This document shows positions 48,297 to 59,800 of a stretch of 64,000 bases of DNA, in pieces. This DNA is from Fimicolochytrium jonesii. Its lineage: Eukaryota. The DNA lies in the NCBI RefSeq assembly GCF_025526975.1, contig NW_026515677.1, positions 62,001-126,000 on the forward strand, read 5' to 3'. The notes under the pieces were generated by a model. That model was given only the letters and a program-made list of their open reading frames with translations. It had not been told where the DNA came from and ran no database searches. Each line of letters starts with the position of its first letter. Within the stretch, counting starts at the first letter, position 1. A program made the position numbers and the translations under genes.

Positions 48297-51054
48297 GCTC
48301 TGGCTACCGAAGTACTGCACACAGAGCCCAAAACCTTCAAGCAAGCTTTAAATTTGAATGAGTCTTGAATGCTATAAGGCCTGACTAGTTGCCCAAGGCT
48401 TTTCACAAGAAGAGGGAGTTGACTACACCGAAACCTTAGCCCCAGTAGCCAAGTTTGACACCATCAGACTACTTTTGTCCTGGGGAGCAGCCCAGGATCT
48501 CGAGACGGACCAAGTGGACGTATCCACGGCGTTCCTGAATCCAACACTCAGCGAAGAGATGGACATGAAACAGCCACCGGGCTACATCAAGCCCGGAGAA
48601 GAGCATCTTGTGCTTAAACTGAAGAAGATACCCTATGGTCTGGAACAAGCTCCGAGGGAATGGAACATTGAAAATCATGGCATCCTTGTCGAGAGAGGCG
48701 TCACACGTCTTGATTCAGACCATGGCATCTATATCAGATTCTTTGAGGGATGGCTACTTGTCCTGATCCTCCACGTCAACGATCTGATACTTATGAGCAA
48801 CAAGAGACTGACCTCGACCACTTCAAAGCCAAGGAACTTCGGAAGGCATACAAAATGCGTGATCTTGGTACCATACACTACTTCCTGGGCCTGCTAGTCA
48901 AGAGAGACCGATCTGAACGACTCCTGACACTCACCCAAACCGGGTACATCGAACGATGCCTGGCAGTACTGGCTGTATAGCACGATAATCCAGTTGTGGT
49001 AGCTAGTGGGTGTTTGTAGTAGACTTATAGCGGCCTGGAAGAGTCCAGAACATGCTCTGGACTCTATTGGACGTGCAGAGGCTTCATTGGGGTTCGCAGG
49101 ACAACCATGAGCCTACACGGGACTTGGCATGCATTCGGAATGGCGTAGTGGCACTCTCAGCACCTTGGCGTCTTGACGGGGTCTCAAGAGGTGTTAGAGG
49201 TGTTAGAGGCAGCAGCACTTAGCTGGAACTACTGGGAAACCGCCCGAAAGCCTCCAAAGGACAGGTCGGCTACCCATCCCGTCCCTTCACTTCATCCTCT
49301 TCAATACATATCATCGACGGTCCTACTCTCTACCTACAGTATTGTCTTCAACTTCGAACACTGCCCTTTGGGCATCAACGACCTCAAGTCATTGGCACGG
49401 GCCTTAGGGACTCTCAGATACATCTATCAGCTACGGTTCAGTCCATACAGCGTGTCTGTATGGCACCTTTCTGGTGTCTGAGTCTCGTGCTCCATCTGAC
49501 GGGAGAGCAGAACGGGCCTTATGGTAACCCTTACAGTGGTTTTCCCGGACTTACCGCAGATGATATGCCGTTGGCACAACAGTAGAAAAACGAGATGAGT
49601 AACGAGCATCTCGTCGATTACCATGGTACACGTCTCAGAGGAAGTCTCCGCGTCCATTAGCGGCCCAACGCCCCGCCTGAACTTGGAGCCTCATTGTTGG
49701 CGGGAGGACATGAATGCACCAATATAATAAGGGAGAAGCTACGGCTTGATGCCCGCTCTGCTTCTCATTCCCGGGCACCTCACACAAATACTTGGAAAGT
49801 GTCGCCCTGCCGAGTCGTTGAACACACGTTACCGAGGTAACCAGTATTGTGCCCAACCCCCCCCCCCCCCCCCCCCACACCATCGGCTTCGAGCAGTCAA
49901 TTGCGCAACGAAGTTCAAGAAGTAGCCCCTCACGTTCCCGAGATATCCCCGAGGACAATATTTCAGCTCAAATGTCCTAGCACCCACCAGTTCGTAATTG
50001 CGGACGGAACTGCGAAGGAATCACGGCGGTCTGTGAAGGTTCGCGCAGGTTCAATTGCCATTGCCGTGCCGAGCTCAGCAGCTACATACAGTACATAGCA
50101 ACGGCGAATCCTGGCGACTGTCTGATAGCCAGCAATGGCGAACGCCGAACGGCCTGAAAAGTGTGGCATCCAGGGCATCACGGTCTCTTCATTTTAGAAG
50201 TAAGGTTTGGAGTATGTAGTTGGACGCCTAATAATTTCCGGAGTTGTGGTCGCTGAGAGACGGCAGGACGATTGACATGGATCCCGGCCCCCAGGTTGCA
50301 TGACCTTGATGTCAATGACCTTGATGCAAGAGGGAAAGGTTGCATTGGGCAATCCCAGGGGCTAGCAGCACTGGCAAAATGCGAGCCTGCGACGGCATCC
50401 AGAAATGCGATCTGCAGATAGTGTAACTTATATGAGTTTTGATCATGAGGGACTCGGGAGTCGGATATGGACGCCGTCGTCTAATCCGTCATATCGGAGA
50501 TATTGAGGTCACGCCGGAGCACCCGTAGCCCGCCAGGAGCGCGGGTGATGTCTGGCTGATCACGTTGCAGTGATAGTAGCTTTCTGCCGTCGTCGTGTCG
50601 CACAGGCCCCACGCCTGCCACTCGGCGAGCCGGCATGAACTGGCAGTCGTTATCGGATTCTTGAGGCGTTACCTAACTTACCTTCAAGTCATCGAAAAAG
50701 CCTTGAAGTGTACAGTACAGTATGTCAATGTAGGATGGTCATCCTGATCTATCGCTACAACCAGCAGACTCGGACGCCCACAAGCGGTATCCCAAGCGTA
50801 AAAGCTTAAAAACATGGCCGACGCACAAACGTCTAAAAGGTTACTTTTCATTAATAAGAGCACTTCAGATTACTTGCGTGGGGTATCTAAGAGCGGTTCC
50901 ACACCGTCACCGGGAGGCTGGCATCCACCGGGATGCAACTACCGCCCTAATTCTCTGGGAATCCGGTGGTGTTTAAAAGGATCGGGCAGACCCAACTTCC
51001 CTCATCTCCCTCCACCCCATCCGTTCCGCTCATTTTCTTCCTCCCGCTTCGAAA

Positions 51055-53026
51055 ATGCGCACCAAGCTCCTCCTCGCCTCTGCGGCGTTCGCCGCCGGTC
51101 TCACCACGGCCGCCCCAGCAGGCTCACTCACGGTGTCGGAGTGGCTCAAGTCTGTCAACGACCGTTTGGAGGTTGCTGACCCCATCATTGGCGAGGTCCA
51201 ATGGGCTTACTCGACCAATGTCACCGATGAGACGGCCGCTGCTCAGGTGTGTACATAGAACCGCGTGAGTCGATATTGATGAAGGCTGACATGGCTTTGT
51301 TGACTCCCACCATCAGGACGCCGCATCGATCGAATACAGCAAGCTCCCCCTCGCCATCCTCTCCGAGCTCGCTGAAGGCGGCTACGAGGCGAAGGCGACC
51401 ACCTTTGACGAGAAGCGTTTGATCTCTCTCCTCAAAGCCGGAAGCATCACGCCCAAGAGCAACGCGACCCAAGCCGTTCTCGCCAAGACTCTCTCTGATA
51501 TGAGCAGCGTGTACGCGTCCGGCAAGTTCGAAGGCAAGGACCTGGACGAGCTGAGCGGGATCCTTGCCGAGAGCCGCGACTACGAAGAGCTGAAGAAGGT
51601 GTACCTCGGCTGGAGGGAAGTCGTTGGCCGCGCCGAGAAGCCGCTGTACGAAAAGTTCGTCAAGGCGACCAACGAAGGTGCGCGCGATAACGGGTACGCC
51701 GACACGGGTGCCGCGTGGCGCGACGGCTACGACATGACGCCCGAGGACTTCATGGCGATGATGAGCAAAGCTCTCGGCCAGGTGCAGCCCCTGTACGAGC
51801 AGCTCCACTGCTACGCCAAGGCCAAGCTCTCCGACCTCTACGGCAAGGAGAAGATCATGACCGCGGACGGTACGATCCCCGCCCACGTGTTCGGCAACAT
51901 GTGGTCGCAGGACTGGGGCAACATCGAGTCGATCCTCCGTCCCTACCCCGACGTGCAGGCCGTCGACGTCACGGAGGAGCTCGTCAAGCAAGGCTATGAT
52001 GCCGTCAAGATGCACCGCTTGTCCGAGGAGTTCTACACGTCGCTGGGCATGGAGCCCATGCCCGAGAGTTTCTGGACCAAGTCGATGCTGGTTAAGCCTG
52101 CCGACGGCCGCACCGTCGAGTGCCACGCCTCCGCGTGGGACTTTTACAACGGCGACGTCCGCATCAAGATGTGCACCCGCATCAACCACGAGGACCTCAT
52201 GACGGTGCACCACGAGCAGGGCCACATCTACTACGACCTCCAGTACAAGGACCAGCCCGTGCCGTACCGCACCGGCGCGTCCGATTTCTTCCACGAGGCC
52301 ATCGGCGACACGATGCAGCTGTCGGTTCTTGTTCCCAAGCACCTGAAGGAGGTCGGGCTCATCACCAAGGAGCTGACCGACGGCTTGGAGCAGACCATTA
52401 ACTTCCAGATGGCGGTCGCGCTTGACAAGATTGTGTCGATGCCGTGGACTTACCTCCTCGACCAGTGGAGGTGGGATGTGTACTCGGGCAAGACGACTCC
52501 GGACATGTACCAGAAGGCTTACTGGGACCTCATTGAGAAGCACCAGGGTCTGAGCCGCCCTGCACCTTCGACCGCGGAAGACTTTGACGCTGGCGCCAAG
52601 TATCACGTCCCGGCCAACACCCCTTACATCCGCTACTTTGGTGCCAACATGCTCCAGTTCCAATTCCACGCCGCGCTCTGCAAGGCCGCCGGACACACCG
52701 GCCCGTTGCACGAATGCTCCATCTACAAGAACAAGGCCGCCGGCGCGCAGTTCAAGAAGATGCTCGCGATGGGCCGCAGCAAGACGTGGCAGGAGGCCAT
52801 GTCGGTCGGCACCGGCGGCATGTACGATAGCGTTGACGGCACGGCGGTTGTGGACTACTTTGCGCCGTTGATGACGTTCTTGAAGGAGTTCAACGCCAAG
52901 AGCGGCGTCAAGTGCGGATGGACCCAGGCTGGAACCACCCCCACCGGACCCCCTACCACTACCACCTCTACCCCTGGCCCGACTCCGACCAAGTGCCACC
53001 GCAAGAAGGCTGCCAAGCAGCACTAG
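51055..53026 (+). CDS. Secreted angiotensin-converting-enzyme-like peptidyl-dipeptidase (family M2), 2 exons, ~633 aa
   Basis: Signal peptide; intron 51247-51316 restores the frame; motifs PAHVFGNMWSQDW, CHASAWDF, HHEQGH (HEXXH), FHEAIGD, FDAGAKYHVP..PYIRYF; Pro/Thr tail. Confidence 0.93.
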
Positions 53027-53684
53027 ATCTAGACATCTCATAGATTCTTCACCGACGATTTCGAATAGTAGATGGACACCCGATGTGAGGAGAGGAGACG
53101 ATTCTGTGTCATGGTAGAAACAGATTTGTACTAGAAGCTAATACCCATACAAATGCAATGCCCTGTTTGCAAATTGACGCAAACACTTCGACACTTATGG
53201 TACAGTATTATGTCACCCGACGTTGGTTCGAGCGTTTACAACATATATAGGTCAAAAGTCCGCGGTTCGTCATATTGCCCATGCCCCTGGCCTAGCCAAC
53301 TCGAAGCAGGCGTCCAAACTCGCTGTTACTGTACATGTACAGTACGTACTACGTATGCAGACGTACTGTACATATGTATGCAGCAGCCTGCGATGACATC
53401 CTGCGTTCGTACTGTTTGTCTGACGTTGCGCGAGGCGAGTCCCCAGGGTCCTCTTTTCGTCTCTTCCCCTTGAGCGCACGGGGGAATGATGAGATTTGAT
53501 GTGCGGGTTTCCATGTTTCCCATGGGCTGGGGAGGCGCAAGTGGCGCGTGGGGTGGCGCAGCTTCCGGAGTGGAGTGACGCCGAGAGACGGGGACCCGGT
53601 AACGTAGTTCCAGAGCCAGCTGTGGCTGATTATTATTATTATTGCGGCCTGGGGGCTTTCTTGCGCGGCGCTCGCACAGTCGGG

Positions 53685-53731
53685 TGAGAGAGAGAGAGCA
53701 GAGCGACAGAGAGAGAGAGAGAGAAGAGAGA
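53685..53731 (+). repeat. Imperfect (GA)n microsatellite
   Basis: GAGAGAGAGAGAGCAGAGCGACAGAGAGAGAGAGAGAGAAGAGAGAG. Confidence 0.8.
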
Positions 53732-54122
53732 GCAAAGTGGCTGCTGTGCTGAACTGTGACACTGTGCTGTGCTGTGACCCTTTCGCAGAGACAGACAACA
53801 ACCCAACCCAGCTTTCGTCACTCGTCCCAAGTACAGTACTGCAGGACAGAGAAAGAGAAGGAAGGCGCGAGAGAGAGGCCAGCAACCAGAGTATCACAGT
53901 TACATAGCAGATATCGGTCGCCAACTTCCTCTTCGCTGATCTTCCTCCTGCCCGCAAGGAAGGCTCAACGACCGAGACTTACGCTCGCCAAGAGTGTGGA
54001 AGAACGCCTTTCCCCAATCACTGTCCTCGCCAGCAGGCACAGCTACTGACAACTCCTCATTTCTCTCTCTCACGACACACGGCACCACTCGACGACGTTA
54101 ACAACAACGAAGCGAAACAAAA

Positions 54123-55881
54123 ATGTCTTTTTGCGAGCGGGTGTGCATCCCCTCCCAGAAAGTTACAGTATCAAACCCATTTGCTGTTGTTGTCTACACC
54201 GGCAACTTCACTCCTGATACGGACGAATGGACCGTCAGCTTATTCCCCGGCGAGGTTACAACAGCTGCTGTTGCCGGACCATGTGTAGCGCCCGGAAACT
54301 CTCCTCCACTGCAAACTTGGTCGTCCTCAGCAGCAAACAGCTTGAACTGGGAACAACTGACGCCGACAAACGCTCAGACTCAGCTTACCATCAACCCCTC
54401 GGATAAATTGAATGCCGCGATTAAGAGTGCTGGTGGGCATTTCTTTTTTCAAATTAGGGCTGGTAATAACCAGAATTGTCAAGTGGGGCCTTGGAATTCG
54501 CCTGCGGGGGGCCCAGGGAACTTTTTTCAACTAGGTAAGCGATCGGAGGGAGCCCACTGTAATACCGAGCGTTAGCGAGCATTCGATCTTTTGCGAGCGC
54601 AAGCGAGCTGCGAATCGAAGGGAGCGATCCGATTTATATGGAGAGGACCTCGCTGCGCAAGTTCATGCATACGTTCATCAACGCATCGATGCTGACCTTC
54701 CTTCACTCTTTCAAATTTTAGCCGCACCGGCGACATCGACGAGCATTACACCCACCCCCACACTCACCCCGACACCAAGTGCATCGGTTGCATCTGCAGC
54801 GGCAGATGGGTCAACCACCGTCACGCCCACACCAACACCCGTCCCGCAACCACAGACACCACCCTCGTCCGGCATCGACCCGAATGGCCCCACAACGAAC
54901 GACCCTTCCTCCGGCAAAGGCGCCCCAGTCGCCATGATCGCGGGTATCACCGCCGCCGCCATTGTCCTCCTCGCGATTGCCGGCCTCGTGTTTGCGCGCC
55001 GCCGCAACCGCAGCAGGACCGCATGGAACCGAAATCCAGACCATCGATCAAGTAAAGGCGTGTTATTGGCGAGTGGGACGGATCAGCCCTCGCTGAACCG
55101 CCCGGGTGGGAGCGATCGCGGTACGCTTACACCTGAACCTGTGACGGAGGAAATTCATGTTGGAAACGGTGCCCCCCACGCGGCCGCATCCATCGCTCCC
55201 GCCGCGACGGCTGGTGTCGCTACTGCAGCCGCCTTAGGAGCCTCCGAACCCCACTCCCGATCAATCCCACCGACCGCTTCACATGCACCATCCCAATCAC
55301 CAACCGTGAATACAGCAGCACCAGCAGAAAACCCCTTCGCAGACCCATCACCCGGATCTACAACAGGAGTAGGAGCAAGCGCGGCAGCCGGAGCCGCCAG
55401 CTTAACAGCGGCAGCAGCAGCAATTCCCTCCCGCAACCGCCGCTCCATCCTGGCCTCTCTTCACGACAGCTACCGAACTCTCACCCGTGCCGATTCTGCC
55501 TCCACAATAACCTCCGACATTGAAAACCCCTTCGACCCGCACCACGCTGATCACACCTCCGCACAACCGACGACCACCGACCCTTCCTCATCCGTATCAT
55601 CGTCCACATCTCAATTACCACCACCGTCCACGAACGCGCACCCATCTATAACCCCTGAAGTAGCACCAAACACCGATCGCCACACCATGGCCATGCTCGT
55701 CGCCAACGCTTTCCGTAAAGGTCTCTCCAGCGGCGACGAGTTTGGCAACTGGAGAGGTGGTGCTACGAACGAGGGAGCGGCCGAGAGCGGTGGGGAGAAA
55801 GTTGAGCAGATGCAGCAAGTGAAGCATGTGGAGGGGATGCGGCAGCTGGGTGGGGGCGATCTGCGGACTGCCGATAGGTGA
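54123..55881 (+). CDS. Single-pass membrane protein with Ser/Thr/Pro-rich stalk (Mid2/Wsc-like architecture), 2 exons
   Basis: Intron 54535-54721 (GTAAGC..TAG) joins the ORFs in frame; TM IAGITAAAIVLLAIAGLVFA followed by RRRNR; no obvious signal peptide. Confidence 0.62.
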
Positions 55882-56896
55882 TGACCGCGATGTAGAGGTT
55901 TGAAGCCAGCGTCCACGGATCCGGCGAGGAGTGTTGGCCTTTGACAACCTCCTATCCGATGGGTTGATCAACTCCGTCAAGTTCGCGTAAGCATCACACC
56001 CGATGAATTCTGATCGACCTGCCTCCTTGTCATCGCACCGCCTTCGTTCTGACACCGGGACTGACTCAAGGCTACCGATCACCGACTGTACCACTGGTTC
56101 AGTTTTTTTTTTGACTTGTCGTTTCCATCCGAGCCCTCGATTTGTGCTCTGTACCTACTGTACCCTACTTGCACCCTACTCCACCCCATTTTCATTTTCC
56201 GTCTATGCACCGCACTCACGGCGTAATTCTGGGGGGTTATTGACCCCCCTTTTTACATGGCAGTTGTTCATAGTGGTTTGTTCTTTGTCGGCGGCGTAGA
56301 AAACCGACTTTGTTTTCCCTTGAGTCCCATGTATTTTGGTCCTTGCCACCTTTTTCCATACCCCTCCTCACCCTTGTCTTGTACTAGTTGCGTCTGTCAG
56401 CCCATGTTTCTTCTTTTTTTGCATTAAAGAATGAAATTGTACAGTTTCTCAATCCCTATGTGCACTGAAGTCCAGAGGACGATGGGACTAGAATTCATTT
56501 AATCCAAGTCACATCAACGATCTTCGCATGTTGCCATCACTTTCTCCCCCAAACAGGATATTTCTACAATCACATAACTAGTGTACACGAAAAAACCGTT
56601 ACATACACATACACCTTCCTCATCTCCTTCCCCACCCCGTAGCCCAGAGCACATCCCACATCAGCGGTCAAAACCACTTTTTCCACTTTCCCAATATAAC
56701 AGCCGTTTTCCTCCGATATCACAGGTTCGTGTGTTCCCCTTGGCCCCGTTCTCCGGCCAGCACCACAAATTCAGTCGTCGCGCACTTTCAGTGATTCGCC
56801 GGTTCGGGTGTTGGCTGTCGGTAACTGAAACCTTCCCACCCGCTGTTCGTTTCCTTTCGCCTTCTTCACCATGGGACCCTTTCGACCTTAATCGCA

Positions 56897-59800
56897 TCAT
56901 GTCGCACTTGAACCCGCACCCGCACCAACCCCCAGAAAGCTCATCATCTCCCCATTCTCTTCCAAATCCAGCACTTCCGGCCTGATCGGCAGCGCGACGC
57001 CGGGGAAGATATGCACTACGGCGGCATCGGTGAGGTCGTTTGGGTTTGATGAGGTTGGGGATGGTGTTTTCTGGATTGTGGGTTTTGTTGTTGCGTCGTC
57101 TTTGGTGTTTTTAGTGTTCTTGGCGGGGCTCGTGTTGATTTTTCCCGGAGACGTGATGGACCCTAAAGACCTGGCGGGACGGGTCGACTTGCCCTCGTCG
57201 CGGTCGTGGATGGAGGGGAGGGAGACTGATTTCCTGCGTTTGGAAGACGATTCCTGTGGTTGTGGCGGTGGGTCGGGATGATTGCCTTTTCGTGACGAGC
57301 GGCGGAGTGTGGTGGGTTCCGTCGTCGCTGTGTCCGTCGTAGGTTGCGGCGCAGTCGCCGTTGACTCATCATCCGCTCCCACAACCTCGTCCGCAACGGC
57401 CACAGACTTTCGCCTCCCCTGCCGCTTGCCCTGCGTTTCTTGCACCGTCTCCGTCTCCCCCTCTGCACCACCACCACCGTTAACATCCATCTTCTTCAAC
57501 CGCTTCGAGACTCTCGCCGGCGTATTCTGGTCGACACTGGCAGCAACAGCAGCAGCAACATCAGCATCACCATCCGAGTCCCGTTTCCGTTTCAGCAACC
57601 TTGCGGCGCGGTCGGATTTCGGTACCTCCACAGGTGGGACTTTCGATGTCTTGGGCGCACTTTTGGCAGGACCCGCGTTGCTTAACCGGCCATTCTTGCG
57701 CCCCGTAGTAGGGGGAGCAACGTGGTCGACTGGCGGGATATTCTCCGATTTACCCTTTTTGGCGTTGCGCTTGGCAGCCGATGCTGCCGTCGCGGCGGCG
57801 GTGCGTTTAGAAGGCGTGGTCGATTCTGCTCGCACCGGAAAAGGAACCAGAGTGAGTGAGTATCACCTAGTCACAGCACCCCAACCACACATGGGAAGAC
57901 CCCGCCATCACCGCTTACCTCGCGCCTCGGCCTCCAGTTTCAAGGCCGCCCTGGTCCTCGTCGTCGGTGCATTTGCACTCATCAGATTCCCCGGAGTCCT
58001 CAACCCCTTTTCCTCCCTTCTCTTCGCCTTGGCCGCCGCAGCCGCTGCAGCCGCCGCCGCAGCAGCCATGGCAACCTCCTTCTCCTTCGCCGCCGACCGT
58101 GCCCTCGTGTTCCTCAATCTTCTTCCACCTACTTCCTCATCCCCATAATCATCCCCACCATCATTCCCTACATCGTCATCCACCAGCGGAGCCTTCGGGA
58201 AAATCTCCCTCTCCCCACCGCCATACTCCCAAAGCCATTCATAAAACTCCTTGGGTACGATATCAAGCACGCCGGTTTTGCCATCAATGGGCAGCGCCGC
58301 CATACGTTTGGCAAGCTCCTGGAGGAGTGGTTTGGCGCGTTTTTGGTGCCGGTGGGCGGCTTTGAAATAGTCGGTTTCGGCGGAATTGTAGAGCATGCTG
58401 TTGGTCCAGATCAGGTCGAGGTCGGTCTGCAAATGCAAATCCATACCCACATATGCGTAAGTGGTCAGGAACCCCTTCGGTCGGAGAGACTGAACCAGCA
58501 CAAACCTCGAACCCCTTCACGTCCCGATACTCGTGCGCTTCAAGCTTCGACTGCATCGTGCTGAAATCCATGGGTTGCTTGACATACGCATGATAATCCG
58601 GCGCGACGTCGGGCGAAACCGGGTCCGCAAAATACCCTTGTTTATCCCACCTAAAACAACGGGTGTCAATATGCTTCCTTTGACCTCGAATCGAGACTTA
58701 TCTCAGGGGACCTGCGTTCCCAGATACATACTCTCTGATAGTCTCCAACAGCCCCCTCAACTCCCTCGTGACCGGGAAAACCAGCAGCTCGCAGAATTCG
58801 ACGCCGGCGCGGTACTGCTTCAGCTTTTTGATTTCGCGGCTGCGGATCAGGTCCACAAGGCAGCGCACCCGTTCGAGGCCTTTGCGAACTTCAACGAGAC
58901 CCTATATCAATGATTACCGCTCTGTTTAGTCTTCTGCACGGAATATTCCTCCTTCATCATGTTTTCTTAGCGTACCTTGTTACGAGTAGCCCTTGCCTCC
59001 TCATCCTGCTTGAAGACAGAAGCCGACGCAGTCCATGGCTAGATAAAAGAGGCAGTAAGGAATCCCAACAGCTTAACCCCCTCAACACTATTGCATCACA
59101 AGGAAAGCCCACCTCCAAATGCAATCTCTTCAGCAGCGGCGCGCCCCGCCTCGCTTCCCTCTTGAACGCCCAATATCTGCACACAGCAACCACAAACGCC
59201 CTCATCTTCTTATCAAAGTCGCCCTTCATCTTGCGTTCCTTAAAGTCGTCTCTCAAATTCGCGAGCACGCGTTGCAGGATGTAGTGTGGGATGATGACGG
59301 GGGCGTTGAACTGGAGGTGTGGCGGGAACTGCGCGAGAAGTTGTTGGTCGGTTGTTGTTCTCGCAGAATCGATGGGCGTAGTCGCTCGCACCCTCCCCCG
59401 CTTCCGTTCTCCCTCCGCCTCTCCATCGCCCTCCTCGTCCTCCTCGTCCTCCTCCTCATCGCTCCTAACAACACTCTTCCGCTTCCTGCCCCGTTTCCTG
59501 GTCAGCTGCTCCTCGTCCCCGCTCGTGGTAGGGGGCAGAAAATCGTCGTCGTCGTCCGACGCTGCGAGTGCGGTTATTTTCTTCCTGATGAGGGATGTGC
59601 GCGTTTTGAGCTGCTCTTGCATGAAGGTGCGGATGGATTGTTCGATATCGACTTGGTCGCGGTACTCGGGCTAAAGAAAAGATACCTCATTAAAAGCTGT
59701 TCGTGTGTGGAAGTGATTACGGTTTTTTTCGCTCACTTACCGGTGTATGCCGATCGCAAAACGCGCGGAAGGTATTGTTATTACTCCCATACTGCGAGCG

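Larger units (their letters stand above)
46329..49440 (+). mobile_element. Copia family B 3' half (integrase, RT fragments, truncated related LTR ~48961-49440), interrupted by three solo LTRs
   Basis: VLRSDKG, HLRVFGC, LVAQGFSQEEGVDYTETLAPV, QVDVSTAFLN, LILHVNDL; LTR-like end CTATCAGCTACGGTTCA. Confidence 0.88.

Noticed and set aside
49857..49876. Poly-C run
   Set aside because: Simple homopolymer; its length is unreliable.
51221..53041. 606-aa minus-strand ORF
   Set aside because: Shadow of the ACE-like gene.
53327..53344. 18-bp perfect palindrome TACTGTACATGTACAGTA in a GTAC-rich tract
   Set aside because: Low-complexity context, no TSD and no second copy.
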